Source of the DNA: Alphaproteobacteria bacterium
Lineage (GTDB): Bacteria; Pseudomonadota; Alphaproteobacteria; UBA2966
Length of the DNA stretch: 64,000 nt
Direction: 5' to 3'
NCBI GenBank assembly: GCA_018650465.1
Contig: JABIFY010000103.1
Span: forward strand, 13,362 to 77,361
Part shown: piece after piece, positions 11,177 through 25,548 of the stretch
Layout of the letters: every line of letters starts with the position of its first letter
Position numbering within the stretch: position 1 is the stretch's first letter
Translations under genes and position numbers: made by a program
Notes under the pieces: model-generated
Databases searched by the model: none
The model's input: only the letters and a program-made list of their open reading frames with translations
What the model was told of the DNA's origin: nothing

Positions 11177-12624
11177 GACAGCTACCTCTTGATATTGGTG
11201 TGATCCACTTCGTTGGTATCGGTGGCATCGGCATGAGCGGCATCGCCGAGGTTATGCATAACCTTGGTTATAAGGTTCAAGGCTCGGACCAGTCGGAAAG
11301 TGCCAATGTTTTGCGCCTGCGCGACAAGGGCATCAATGTGCTCATTGGCCATGAGGCAGAACACGTCGTGGACGCCCGTGTTGTGGTGATTTCCACGGCT
11401 GTGAAGTCGGACAATCCAGAAGTGCGGGCGGCACGCGAACGTTTAATTCCTGTTGTTCGCCGGGCAGAAATGCTGGCCGAACTGATGCGCCTGAAGTGGT
11501 GCATTGCCGTGGGCGGCACCCATGGCAAAACAACGACCACTTCCATGTTGGCAACTTTGCTGGATACAGCCGACTTTGACCCGACAGTGATCAATGGCGG
11601 CATCATCAACGCCTACGGCACCAATGCCCGTTTGGGCGATGGTGACTGGATGGTGGTAGAAGCTGACGAAAGCGACGGTACCTTTGTGCGCTTGCCAGCC
11701 GTCATTGCTGTGGTCACCAATATGGACCCCGAGCATCTTGATTTTTACGGTGATTTTGACACCGAGCGTAAAGCTTTTGAGGCCTTTGTCGAAAATGTGC
11801 CGTTCTATGGTGCCGCTGTCATGTGCATCGATCATCCGGAAGTCCAGTCCATGGTCGGGCGCATTTCTGACCGCCGCATTGTTACCTACGGCGAAAGCCC
11901 GCAGGCAGATATCCGGGCAATCAATGTAACTTATTCGACGGGCGGATCGAATTTTGATGTGGTCGAAACGGATCGCGCTACGGGCGATGTCGAAACCATT
12001 AGCGGATTGCGTTTGCCCATGCCGGGCATTCACAACGTCCTGAATTCTCTCGTGACCTTTTGCGTGGCCCGCGAAATGGGCATCGACAGTGAAGTTGTTC
12101 GCAAGGCCCTGGCCGGATTCGAAGGCGTCAAGCGCCGCTTTACCCGCACAGGCGAAGCCGGTGGTATTACGGTCATTGATGATTACGCCCACCACCCGGT
12201 TGAAATTTCTGCGGTGCTGGCTGCCGCCCGACATGCCTATGAAGGCAAGGTCATCGCTGTGGTGCAACCCCACCGCTATTCGCGTTTGCAGGATTTGTTC
12301 AGTGAATTCTGCAACTGCTTCAATGATGCCGACACTGTCATTGTTGCCAATGTATTTGCCGCAGGAGAAGAGCCTCGGACAGGCTTTGACCGGGATGGCT
12401 TGGCAGAAGGCCTGCGCAGCCATGGTCACCGCCGCGTCCTGGTCATGGATGATGCGCTGGAACTTGCTGCCCTCGCGGCATCAGAGGCGGAAGCCGGTGA
12501 TCTGGTGGTTTGTCTGGGGGCTGGCAACATTACCGCCTGGGCCAATGCTTTGCCGCAGGAACTGGAAGATTATCTCGGCCATCACCCACAAGCGAAACAA
12601 CCGTCAGGGGAGGGGGCCGCATGA
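11173..12624 (+). CDS. murC: UDP-MurNAc:L-Ala ligase MurC
   Basis: [37 protein letters not shown]. Confidence 0.97.
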   Translation: MRQLPLDIGVIHFVGIGGIGMSGIAEVMHNLGYKVQGSDQSESANVLRLRDKGINVLIGHEAEHVVDARVVVISTAVKSDNPEVRAARERLIPVVRRAEMLAELMRLKWCIAVGGTHGKTTTTSMLATLLDTADFDPTVINGGIINAYGTNARLGDGDWMVVEADESDGTFVRLPAVIAVVTNMDPEHLDFYGDFDTERKAFEAFVENVPFYGAAVMCIDHPEVQSMVGRISDRRIVTYGESPQADIRAINVTYSTGGSNFDVVETDRATGDVETISGLRLPMPGIHNVLNSLVTFCVAREMGIDSEVVRKALAGFEGVKRRFTRTGEAGGITVIDDYAHHPVEISAVLAAARHAYEGKVIAVVQPHRYSRLQDLFSEFCNCFNDADTVIVANVFAAGEEPRTGFDRDGLAEGLRSHGHRRVLVMDDALELAALAASEAEAGDLVVCLGAGNITAWANALPQELEDYLGHHPQAKQPSGEGAA

Positions 12625-13583
12625 TGGCAGCACATTCCTTCCCGACCGGTCTTATGGAACGCCTGCCACAGGTTCGCGGGCGCTATAATGAAAACGTCTC
12701 GTTGGCCGATGTGACCTGGTTCCGTGTGGGCGGTGCCGCCGAAGTGGTCTTCCGCCCTGCCGACAAGGACGACCTGGTTCACTTTTTGCAAAACAAACCG
12801 GCTGATGTGCCTGTCATGATAATGGGTGTGGGCTCCAACCTTTTGATCCGCGACGGTGGTCTGCCCGGCGTCGTTATTCGTCTGGGACGTGGCTTCGCCG
12901 GGGTCACAACTGATGGCGATACGGTGATCGCAGGTGCCGGTGCCCTGGATGTGAATGTCTCCCTGACGGCGGCAGACGCGTCCATCGGCGGGCTGGAATT
13001 CCTCAGTGGTATTCCGGGCACAATCGGTGGGGCCTTGCGCATGAATGCCGGGGCCTATGGTGCCGAGATGTCGGATGTCCTGATCAAAGCAGAAGCCGTA
13101 ACGCCCGAAGGTGAGCTCAAAATACTTGATCTCGCCCAGATGAAATTCGCCTATCGTCATTGCGGAATTGATGCAAGCTGGTTGTTCCTGTCGGCGACCT
13201 TACAGGGCAAGGGCGGGCAAAAGTCAGAGATACTGACCCGCATCGACGACATCAAATCTGCTCGTGAAGACACACAGCCTGTGCGCACCCGCACCGGCGG
13301 TTCTACCTTCGCCAATCCGTCTGATACAGACCTGAAGGCCTGGCAATTGATTGATCGGGCAGGCTGTCGTGGTTTGATCCGTGGCGGGGCCATGGTGTCA
13401 GAAAAGCACTGCAACTTCCTGATCAATACAGGTGCTGCCAGTGCAACTGACCTGGAAGGCCTGGGGGAAGAAGTTCGACGTCGGGTCCTGGAAGAATTTG
13501 GTGTCACCCTGCATTGGGAAATTCGCCGGGTTGGTCTTCATGTCGATGGTCTTTCGGAAGTCAATGACGGGAGGATCTCATGA
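12621..13583 (+). CDS. murB: UDP-N-acetylenolpyruvoylglucosamine reductase MurB
   Basis: [35 protein letters not shown]. Start at the ATG overlapping the murC stop, with GGAGG upstream. Confidence 0.95.
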   Translation: MMAAHSFPTGLMERLPQVRGRYNENVSLADVTWFRVGGAAEVVFRPADKDDLVHFLQNKPADVPVMIMGVGSNLLIRDGGLPGVVIRLGRGFAGVTTDGDTVIAGAGALDVNVSLTAADASIGGLEFLSGIPGTIGGALRMNAGAYGAEMSDVLIKAEAVTPEGELKILDLAQMKFAYRHCGIDASWLFLSATLQGKGGQKSEILTRIDDIKSAREDTQPVRTRTGGSTFANPSDTDLKAWQLIDRAGCRGLIRGGAMVSEKHCNFLINTGAASATDLEGLGEEVRRRVLEEFGVTLHWEIRRVGLHVDGLSEVNDGRIS

Positions 13584-14494
13584 AAAAACACGTCGCCGTC
13601 TTGATGGGTGGTTGGTCCGCCGAGCGTGAGGTTTCACTTGTCAGCGGGGCCGCTGTTGTCGAGGCCTTGCAGGAAAAAGATTATCGCGTATCTGCAATTG
13701 ATGTGGGCCACACGGTGGCAACAACCCTGGCCGACATGAAGCCGGACGTCTGTTTCAATGCCTTGCATGGTCGCTTCGGTGAAGATGGCTGCATTCAGGG
13801 TGTGCTGGAAACACTGGGCATTCCCTACACACATTCTGGCGTGCTGGCTTCGGCCATGGCCATGGACAAGCCCTTGGCCAAAAAACTTTATGACACGGTC
13901 GGTCTGCCCTGCGTCGAAGGCGGTGTCTTTCACCGCGACCAAATCCTGGCCGGTGATGTGATGACAGCCCCCTATGTCATCAAGCCGTTGAATGAAGGCT
14001 CGTCCGTTGGTGTCAAGATTGTCACCGGCGACGAAAACGAGTTGCCTTTTCAGTCTGAAGCCTGGCACTACGGATCAGAAGTTCTCGTGGAACGTTATGT
14101 TCCAGGTCGCGAAGTCCAGGTTGCCGTGCTGGATAACAAGGCCCTGGGGGCCATTGAAATTCGCCCGACAAAACAATTCTACGATTATGAAGCCAAATAT
14201 TCCGATGGCTTCGCCGAACATCTGATGCCGGCTCCTATCGACAAGGCGGTCTATGACGACGTCATGCAAATGGCCGAGACCGCCCATAAGGTTCTGGGCT
14301 GTCGCGGTGTCACACGCACAGACTTCCGCTATGACGATACAGCTGGTGAGCCTGGTAAATTGTTTATCCTGGAAACCAATACCCAACCCGGCATGACGCC
14401 CCTGTCACTGACACCTGAAATTGCCGCCCATCGCGGCATGGATTTTGGTCAATTGGTTGACTGGCTTGTGAAGGATGCATCATGCCAGCGATAA
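13580..14494 (+). CDS. ddl: D-alanine--D-alanine ligase
   Basis: GGWSAEREVS, ALHGRFGEDG, EGSSVG, YDYEAKY, ETNTQPGMT. Confidence 0.96.
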   Translation: MKKHVAVLMGGWSAEREVSLVSGAAVVEALQEKDYRVSAIDVGHTVATTLADMKPDVCFNALHGRFGEDGCIQGVLETLGIPYTHSGVLASAMAMDKPLAKKLYDTVGLPCVEGGVFHRDQILAGDVMTAPYVIKPLNEGSSVGVKIVTGDENELPFQSEAWHYGSEVLVERYVPGREVQVAVLDNKALGAIEIRPTKQFYDYEAKYSDGFAEHLMPAPIDKAVYDDVMQMAETAHKVLGCRGVTRTDFRYDDTAGEPGKLFILETNTQPGMTPLSLTPEIAAHRGMDFGQLVDWLVKDASCQR

Positions 14495-15387
14495 AAAAAC
14501 CTTTGACCGCACCAAAGCGGGCCAGAAAATCACCAGTGAAAAAGTCAGCTGCGAAATCAACAGCCCGCCGCGCACCACGTCCGTTTCGCCAGTGGCTCTA
14601 TCGCCGCCGCCGGACCCTGTCACAGGGTGTTGCGGTTTTGGGTATTTTGGCGGGCCTTGGCTGGACTGGCTATTGGTCAATGGAAAATGACGTGCCTGCG
14701 CGGACAATGACCATGCTGGGCCAAGCCGTCGATGACGCCTCACATGCCGCCGGTTTGACGGTGAACGAAGTTGTCGTTGTCGGTCGCCATCGCACCTCGC
14801 GCAAAGATATTTCCCGGGCCCTGGGTGTCAAACGGGACGACCCCATTTTGGCACTGGATATGACCGGCGCACTTGAACGTCTGGAGGCTTTGGGCTGGGT
14901 GGATAGTGCCGACATTACCCGCCGCTTGCCAGGGGACGTGCATGTGCATCTGGTGGAGCGCAAACCCTTCGCCCTGTGGCAGCGCAACAAACATCTGGTT
15001 CTGATTGATCGTGACGGTGTAGCCATCACCGACAAAAAGCTGGGTCGTTTTGCCAGTCTGCCAACGGTCGTCGGACGGGACGCTCCGACCCATGTCGCTG
15101 ATCTGTTTGATGTTCTGGCAACCGAGCCTGAATTGTTCTCTCGCGTATCGGCGGCCGTACGGATTGCCGGGCGGCGCTGGGATATTCGCCTCGCCAACGA
15201 CATCGTTATTCGCCTGCCGGAAGACGGTGCCGCGCAAGGTTGGCGTCGTCTTGCGGTTCTGCAACGTGAACACGCCATTCTGGGCCGTGACCTCGCCGCC
15301 ATTGATTTACGGCTTGAGGATCGGCTGATCGTTCGACTGGGGGCCAAGGCAGCAAAGCTGCGCCGGGCACCTGGCAACAATACCTGA
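14482..15387 (+). CDS. ftsQ: Cell division protein FtsQ
   Basis: Basic N-tail, one TM helix, POTRA-like region (WV...RRLP...ERKPFALWQ), C-terminal IDLR; directly before ftsA. Confidence 0.92.
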   Translation: MPAIKKPLTAPKRARKSPVKKSAAKSTARRAPRPFRQWLYRRRRTLSQGVAVLGILAGLGWTGYWSMENDVPARTMTMLGQAVDDASHAAGLTVNEVVVVGRHRTSRKDISRALGVKRDDPILALDMTGALERLEALGWVDSADITRRLPGDVHVHLVERKPFALWQRNKHLVLIDRDGVAITDKKLGRFASLPTVVGRDAPTHVADLFDVLATEPELFSRVSAAVRIAGRRWDIRLANDIVIRLPEDGAAQGWRRLAVLQREHAILGRDLAAIDLRLEDRLIVRLGAKAAKLRRAPGNNT

Positions 15388-15436
15388 GGGGGCAAGTAGA
15401 TGCGCAATATGCAAAAAGATAATCGGGGCAACTTTC

Positions 15437-16705
15437 ATGGCTAATGCGGCACGCAACAGCACCCAGGGTGCGCCATTGAAAAACGGTTTGGTCGCGGCTC
15501 TCGATGTGGGCACAACCAAAACGGTTTGTTTCATTGGGCGTGTGGTCGGGGAAAACAAGGCCCGTGTGGTCGGTATTGGCCACCAGGTTTCGCGCGGTCT
15601 CAGGGCCGGGTCCGTGGCGGATATGGAAGCCGTTGAAAGCTCAGTGCGGGCCGCCGTCGATGCCGCAGAGCGTATGGCAGGCGAGCCCATCCACACTGCC
15701 TTTGTTAATGTCTCCTGCGGTGACCCGGCGTCACATACGGTGGGCGTCGATATCCCTGTCACGGGCAACGAAATAGATGACGCTGACGTGCGCCGGGTGC
15801 TGGATCAAGGCACGGCCCGCAGCGACAATGGCGAACGCGAAGTTATCCACGCCATACCTGTCACCTACACGGTTGACGGAACCTCGGGCATTCGCGACCC
15901 GCGCGGCATGTACGGCACCCAGCTGGGTGTGAATATGCATATTGTGACGGCCTCCGCCGGTCCGGTGCGCAATTTACACAGCTGCATCAAGCGCGGCCAT
16001 CTGGATGTGGCAGGCACAGTGGTTTCAAGCTATGCCGCCGGTTTGGCGACGCTTGTGGAAGATGAAAAAGACCTCGGTGTGACCCTGATTGATATGGGCG
16101 GTGGCACCACGTCAGTGGCAGTTTTTTATGACGGCAGCCTGGTCTTTGCCGACGTTGTGCCGCTGGGCGGACAACATGTCACCAATGATATTGCCCGCGG
16201 TTTAGCCACGCCAACCGGACATGCGGAACGTATGAAAACCCTTTATGGCAGCGCCATTGCCGGGCCTGCCGATGATCAGGAATTGATTGACGTGCCGCAG
16301 GTTGGCGAATCCGATCAGGCCGAACCTAATCATGTGCCACGGTCTGCTCTGATTGGCATTATCAAGCCCCGCGTTGAGGAAACTCTCGAGCTGGTGCGCG
16401 ACCGTCTTGCCCTCTCGGGCTATGACCGGGTCGCTGGTCGCCGGGTTGTGCTGACGGGCGGTGCCAGTCAGTTGCAGGGCGTACTGGAGTTATCGCGCCG
16501 GGTCCTCGACAAACAGGTTCGCATCGGCAAACCGATCCGCATTCAGGGTCTGGCCGAAGCCACCGGGGGACCGGCATTCGCAACTTGTGCCGGACTATTA
16601 AGTTATGGCGTGCAAGGGCTGGGCAACCAGCTTGAGCACGGCCAGTCACCAACATCAGCAGGTGGCCTGAGCAAGTTTGGCCGCTGGCTGAAGGAAAATT
16701 TTTAG
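15437..16705 (+). CDS. ftsA: Cell division protein FtsA
   Basis: ALDVGTTK, IDMGGGTT, VTNDIA, VLTGGAS, C-terminal amphipathic WLKENF. Confidence 0.96.
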   Translation: MANAARNSTQGAPLKNGLVAALDVGTTKTVCFIGRVVGENKARVVGIGHQVSRGLRAGSVADMEAVESSVRAAVDAAERMAGEPIHTAFVNVSCGDPASHTVGVDIPVTGNEIDDADVRRVLDQGTARSDNGEREVIHAIPVTYTVDGTSGIRDPRGMYGTQLGVNMHIVTASAGPVRNLHSCIKRGHLDVAGTVVSSYAAGLATLVEDEKDLGVTLIDMGGGTTSVAVFYDGSLVFADVVPLGGQHVTNDIARGLATPTGHAERMKTLYGSAIAGPADDQELIDVPQVGESDQAEPNHVPRSALIGIIKPRVEETLELVRDRLALSGYDRVAGRRVVLTGGASQLQGVLELSRRVLDKQVRIGKPIRIQGLAEATGGPAFATCAGLLSYGVQGLGNQLEHGQSPTSAGGLSKFGRWLKENF

Positions 16706-16834
16706 TAAGTGTAAACAAGACAATACGTCACCGGAACAACCGGTGCTTCGATAGACAAGGAAGAAAATGACTATGAACAAATCAAGATCCGAAAACATAT
16801 TTGGAATTGATTCAACCAGATCAAATGGAGGCCA

Positions 16835-18685
16835 ATGATGTCCTTAAATCTGACTATGCCTGAAAGAACTGAACTCAAGCCACGGATCACCGTTATCGGT
16901 GTTGGTGGTGCCGGCGGCAACGCTGTGAACAACATGATCGGCGCGCATCTCGAAGGCGTCGAATATGTCGTTGCCAATACTGATTCCCAAGCCCTGGGCT
17001 TGTCCATGACGGACCGGACCATTCAGCTGGGTGCGAACCTGACACAAGGCCTTGGTGCTGGTGCCCGTCCGGAAGTCGGTGGTGCCGCTGCCGTGGAAGC
17101 CATGGACGAAATCATGGACCACATCCAGGGCAGCCACATGGTCTTTATCACAGCCGGTATGGGCGGTGGTACAGGCACGGGTGCAGCACCTGTGATGGCT
17201 GAGGCCGCACGCAGCGCCGGTATGCTGACCGTTGGCGTGGTTACCAAGCCGTTCCATTTTGAAGGCTCCAACCGCATGAAGATCGCGGAAGCCGGAATTA
17301 AGGAACTGCAAAATCATGTCGATACCCTGATTATCATTCCCAACCAGAACCTGTTCCGCGTTGCCAATGAAAAGACCACTTTTGCTGATGCCTTCGAAAT
17401 GGCTGATGATGTGCTCTATTCCGGTGTTCGCGGGGTCACGGACCTGATGGTCATGCCTGGCCTGATCAACCTGGATTTTGCTGACGTTCGCGCCATTATG
17501 GGCGAAATGGGCAAAGCCATGATGGGCACCGGTGAAGCCGAAGGAGAAAAGCGTGCTCTGGAAGCCGCAGAAGCCGCCATCGCCAATCCTTTGTTGGATG
17601 ATGTATCCATGAAAGGGGCCCGCGCTGTCCTGATCAATATCACCAGTGGCATGGACACAACCCTGTATGAAATCGACGAAGCTACCAATCGCATTCGGGA
17701 CGAAGTCGACGTTGATGCCAACATCATCTTTGGCCAGACTTTCGACGAAGCTCTTGCTGGTCGCATGCGGGTATCCATTGTCGCCACCGGCATAGATGCC
17801 GATGGCCTTTCAATGCCATCGCCGAAATTGCAGGTTGTCGGCGGGGCCGATGCAACAGCCCGTGCCGGTTTTCCGGATACAACACGAACGACGACGGATA
17901 TGCCCGCCATGCCCGCATCAATGGCAACAAGTCCATCAGCAACATCTGCCCCCCCCATGGCCAATATGACATCCATGGCGGGATCTTATGGCGCAACCGC
18001 CGGGGCGCTTGCCCTGGATGTGAGCCAGCCTGAATTGGACATGCCGGAAATGACCCGGCCTGCTGTAGCGGAACCAGAAGTGGTTCAACCGGAATTGAAG
18101 ATAAGCCCTGTTGTTGAAGACAGTGTACCGGTGCAGCCGGAAGCATCTGTTGAAACACAGAACGTGGTGGAAACGCCGACCGCGGTGGAACGGGTAAACA
18201 ACGCTGAACAATTGGACGATCGTGCCGAAGCAGACACGCCGTTCATTGCTCGTCCGGCTTTGACACCAAAGGCATCGATGGAAACAGCGATGCAACCAGC
18301 CCCAAAACCGGATGCTTTTGCTGAAGCTGCCCTGACCAATGGCGCAACAGTTGAAAACAAGCCAAAGCCCCCAAGCCTGCTGGAACGCATGACCGGCACA
18401 GGTCGTGCGCGTCAAAAAGCCCGTGAAGCTGAAGCCCAGGCGCAAGCCCAGACCCAGGTTCAGGAGCCAAGCTTTGGCCGTAGAGACCAGCCTGAGCCGG
18501 TCACAAATCCGGTTCAGCACGTCGCTGAGACAGAGGAATGGTCGGAAACGCCTGCCAAACCAGAACTTGCCGCGCCAAAAGCGACTTCGGCCATGCCGGC
18601 GATTGACCCGGCTGACCGTTTGGCCCCGGCCGCAGGAGACGATTTGCTGGACATTCCGGCATTTCTGCGACGCCAGGCTAATTAG
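16835..18685 (+). CDS. ftsZ: Cell division protein FtsZ with long alpha-type disordered linker
   Basis: [16 protein letters not shown] tubulin signature, INLDFADV, C-terminal [17 protein letters not shown] upstream. Confidence 0.98.
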   Translation: MMSLNLTMPERTELKPRITVIGVGGAGGNAVNNMIGAHLEGVEYVVANTDSQALGLSMTDRTIQLGANLTQGLGAGARPEVGGAAAVEAMDEIMDHIQGSHMVFITAGMGGGTGTGAAPVMAEAARSAGMLTVGVVTKPFHFEGSNRMKIAEAGIKELQNHVDTLIIIPNQNLFRVANEKTTFADAFEMADDVLYSGVRGVTDLMVMPGLINLDFADVRAIMGEMGKAMMGTGEAEGEKRALEAAEAAIANPLLDDVSMKGARAVLINITSGMDTTLYEIDEATNRIRDEVDVDANIIFGQTFDEALAGRMRVSIVATGIDADGLSMPSPKLQVVGGADATARAGFPDTTRTTTDMPAMPASMATSPSATSAPPMANMTSMAGSYGATAGALALDVSQPELDMPEMTRPAVAEPEVVQPELKISPVVEDSVPVQPEASVETQNVVETPTAVERVNNAEQLDDRAEADTPFIARPALTPKASMETAMQPAPKPDAFAEAALTNGATVENKPKPPSLLERMTGTGRARQKAREAEAQAQAQTQVQEPSFGRRDQPEPVTNPVQHVAETEEWSETPAKPELAAPKATSAMPAIDPADRLAPAAGDDLLDIPAFLRRQAN

Positions 18686-18812
18686 AGCTATTCCGGTTTA
18701 GACGGAATAGCTTCTGCTCTTGTTATCGTTGCCCACAGTGAGTTTGCGGCAGCGCAGCGTTTCCTCCTTCGTCGGAAACGCGCCAGGATCTGTTCGAAGG
18801 CATAGTCATACT

Positions 18813-18847
18813 TGGGGCAGCAGGAAGCTGCTGCCCCATTTTTTTTT
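18813..18847 (+). terminator. Intrinsic terminator after ftsZ
   Basis: TGGGGCAGCAG-gaag-CTGCTGCCCCA perfect 11-bp stem followed by T9. Confidence 0.88.
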
Positions 18848-19030
18848 AGAGCGTTTCCGGGTTTCAGGGAAACACTACGTTGCCATAAACCCAGGGTTTG
18901 AGAATTATTGACGAGGCTGGAGAGACCTTTTTTGAGACAAAATATTTTTAGTTAATCAATTGTTTTTAATAAATTTTTCAAGACCGCACTGAATGTTGCA
19001 AAACGGTAACAAATCGACATAAAGCGTGAT

Positions 19031-20176
19031 TTGTTGCAGAGCACAATAATTGCTAGAACCACTGCAACGACGCAGCCCGGAATCTATCATATCGGGCAAA
19101 GTGAATATTCAGTACCGGCAGGAGCGAGACCCATTAACTTCCAACACAAAATTGCAAATTCGGATGATCGTCCTGCCCTTGGCTCTGCTCGACCAGGTGC
19201 GAGTGAGTCCGCTCGACCAGATGCCAGTTTTCAGCAAACACTTCGTAACCGGATCAGCTGCACTGGTGTTGGATTGCACAGTGGCGTTGATGTCGCCATG
19301 ACGCTGATGCCCGCCGACCCGGACACGGGGATTGTTTTTCGGCGAACTGATGTCGATACCAGCCATCTCGACCGCGACATCGCCGAGATCCCGGCTTTGT
19401 GGAACCATGTATCCGGCACCATGCTGGGCACGACTTTGGTCAACGATCACGGTACGTCGGTTGCCACAGTAGAGCACCTGATGGCAGCTTTGGCTGGCTG
19501 TGGTGTCGACAATGCGATTGTTGAATTGAACGGTGGTGAAGTGCCGATCATGGATGGCTCAAGCGCGCCATTTGTTTTCCTGATTGAATGCGCCGGTATC
19601 TTTGAGCAAAACCAGGTGCGCCGCGCTATTCGTGTTCTGAAGCCGGTAACTGTTTCTGACAAGGGCCGCACCGTAACCTTGCGCCCGGCAGAACGTTTCA
19701 CCTTAAGTGTTGATATTGATTTTGACAGCCCGGTCGTGGCCCATCAAACATGTGAATTTGATGAGGCCAGCATGACCTTCAAGGATGAGCTTTGCCGCGC
19801 CCGGACCTTTGGTTTTTTGCATGAAGTCAGTGCCTTGCAGGACAAGGGCCTGGCCCGTGGCGGATCGCTCGATAATGCCGTTGTTGTTGACGGGGACCGG
19901 GTCATGAACGAAGACGGCCTGCGTTTTGCCGATGAATTTGCCCGCCATAAGGCGCTGGATGCAGTTGGTGATCTCTACCTCGCGGGCGGTCGTTTGCTGG
20001 CCCGTTATGAAGGCGAAAAGGCTGGTCATGAGATGAATAACCGGGTCTTGCGCGCCTTGTTTGCCGATGCCAGTGCCTGGGAATGGTGCGATGATATCCA
20101 GGCTGATGTTCGGGCCGGTGTGGAGGCATCCGGGCAAGAAGAATGGGTTGAGGAACGCGCCGTCGCCATGGCCTGA
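19031..20176 (+). CDS. lpxC: UDP-3-O-acyl-GlcNAc deacetylase LpxC (start uncertain)
   Basis: QQTL...GVGLHSG, TVEHL, EVPIMDGS, ARTFGF, GGSLDNA, RHKALD, KAGH. Only TTG starts lie upstream of the conserved core. Confidence 0.93.
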   Translation: MLQSTIIARTTATTQPGIYHIGQSEYSVPAGARPINFQHKIANSDDRPALGSARPGASESARPDASFQQTLRNRISCTGVGLHSGVDVAMTLMPADPDTGIVFRRTDVDTSHLDRDIAEIPALWNHVSGTMLGTTLVNDHGTSVATVEHLMAALAGCGVDNAIVELNGGEVPIMDGSSAPFVFLIECAGIFEQNQVRRAIRVLKPVTVSDKGRTVTLRPAERFTLSVDIDFDSPVVAHQTCEFDEASMTFKDELCRARTFGFLHEVSALQDKGLARGGSLDNAVVVDGDRVMNEDGLRFADEFARHKALDAVGDLYLAGGRLLARYEGEKAGHEMNNRVLRALFADASAWEWCDDIQADVRAGVEASGQEEWVEERAVAMA

Positions 20177-20347
20177 GGCCATTTGGACTATTCTTTGACA
20201 AAATCGACCTGAAATACCCCAAAATAGTCGGCAATTTTGATGCCTGTTGTGGTGGCCTTTGAACTGGCCGTGTTATAGTCCCGCATATTGGCCTGATGAC
20301 ACGGGACAAATTTAGGGATTTAGCCTTCAGGGAGTGCGGATTCGCAC

Positions 20348-21172
20348 ATGCGATCTAATCGGATATCCAGGTTTTTAACCGTTTCCATGACAACAGCTGT
20401 TTTGGCACTGTCGGCCTGTTCAAGTGACGACGGCCCTGACTATGTCGAACTGCCGGTTGACGTCTTGTACAATAATGCCGCGAACAATCTGACGGCGGGC
20501 GATTACAAACTGGCTGCGGCGGGTTTTGATGATGTGGAACGCCAGCATCCTTATTCTCCGTGGGCCACTCGTGCCCAGTTGATGGCGGCTTATGCCTATT
20601 ACCAGGACAACGAATATGATCAGGCGGTGATTGCTGCGGAACGTTTCGTGCAGCTTCATCCCGGCCACAAGGACACGCCCTACGCCTTTTATTTGGCGGC
20701 CATCAGCTATTATGAACAAATCATCGATGTGGGCCGGGACCAGCGGATCACCGAACTGGCACTCAGGGCCCTGAACGAAGTTGTGCGGCGCTACCCCAAA
20801 AGCGAATATGCCCGTGCGGCCCGTTTGAAAGTTGACCTGGCCCATAACCACCTTGCGGGACGGGAAATGGAAGTCGGGCGGTTCTATCAGGGTCGTAAAC
20901 AATATTCCGGCGCCATCAATCGCTTCCGCGTTGTGATTGAAAAGTACCAAACCACGTCCCATGTGCCCGAAGCCTTGCACAGGCTGGTGGAAACATATCT
21001 GGCCCTGGGTGTTGCGGAAGAAGCGCAGGCAACGGCTGCTGTCCTGGGGCATAACTTCCCGGGGAGTGAATGGTACCAATATTCTTATTTGCTGCTGGAA
21101 GGTCGCAACCTCAAACCCGAGGCCATCGACGATTCCTGGATCAGCCGCACCTGGACCAGCCTGTTCGAATAG
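20348..21172 (+). CDS. bamD: Outer membrane protein assembly factor BamD
   Basis: Lipobox LSAC, TPR-like repeats, HPYSPWA, RDQ; lpxC-bamD-recN-ligA order. Confidence 0.93.
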   Translation: MRSNRISRFLTVSMTTAVLALSACSSDDGPDYVELPVDVLYNNAANNLTAGDYKLAAAGFDDVERQHPYSPWATRAQLMAAYAYYQDNEYDQAVIAAERFVQLHPGHKDTPYAFYLAAISYYEQIIDVGRDQRITELALRALNEVVRRYPKSEYARAARLKVDLAHNHLAGREMEVGRFYQGRKQYSGAINRFRVVIEKYQTTSHVPEALHRLVETYLALGVAEEAQATAAVLGHNFPGSEWYQYSYLLLEGRNLKPEAIDDSWISRTWTSLFE

Positions 21173-21176
21173 CGCC

Positions 21177-24957
<3,781 letters not shown>

Positions 24958-24975
24958 AGCTTTTCCGGCATCGCC

Positions 24976-25548
24976 CTACCGAACCTTGAACTCATAATCA
25001 AACCAGGTTCGATCTTGGTCGACCAGGTCATGCAAGGTTGTGCGAACAGAATATTTGCCTGGCTCAAGACCTGTAAAGGTGTAAGTCAAATTCATGTAGA
25101 AATCGAAAGTTGGTGCTCTGCTGTCGATCACCCAACTCTGGAATTTCTTCTGGCCGCCAAGTATCTTGCCACTGGAGTCCATCAGTTCGAAATCAGCCTC
25201 AAAGCCGAACTGCAAAATGTCACCCTCGTGATAGAAAGCGTATCCCATGGGTTCGGCATAAAGCAGTATCGGCTCGTCTACATTGTAAACGTTGTTTTTG
25301 CGAACTGTGAAATTTGCGAAGTTCGGGGCATCTTCAGTCACTGGGTCGAAATAGTGGACAGACAAAGGTGCTTCATTGCTGATCGCCATCATGGCACCGC
25401 GCAAGGCCCTTTGCACATTGATGAAGTCGCCTGCGCCATACTCTTGCTGAGCTTCTTTTACATACTGCCGGAAGTCCTCTGCCTGAGAAGTCGCCGGAGA
25501 TGCCAACAGGAAAAAACCAACCGCCGCTACCAATAAAGTCTTGTACAT
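24976..25548 (-). CDS. Exported hypothetical protein
   Basis: Signal peptide MYKTLLVAAVGFFLLASPATSQA, beta-rich mature part, GAGGGG upstream. No family recognised. Confidence 0.75.
   Translation of the reverse strand: MYKTLLVAAVGFFLLASPATSQAEDFRQYVKEAQQEYGAGDFINVQRALRGAMMAISNEAPLSVHYFDPVTEDAPNFANFTVRKNNVYNVDEPILLYAEPMGYAFYHEGDILQFGFEADFELMDSSGKILGGQKKFQSWVIDSRAPTFDFYMNLTYTFTGLEPGKYSVRTTLHDLVDQDRTWFDYEFKVR

Noticed and set aside
17800..18620. Very long Pro/Ala/Glu-rich FtsZ insert, including AQAQAQ
   Set aside because: Long disordered linkers are established for alphaproteobacterial FtsZ. No intein motifs were seen.
18683..18875. Two TAGAGC-initiated hairpins (18683, 18847) resembling rhizobial RIME/CIR repeat ends
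   Set aside because: Too degenerate to call a repeat element from this window alone.
18952..18969. Possible CtrA box upstream of lpxC
   Set aside because: The TTAA half-sites are 10 bp apart, not the canonical TTAA-N7-TTAA.
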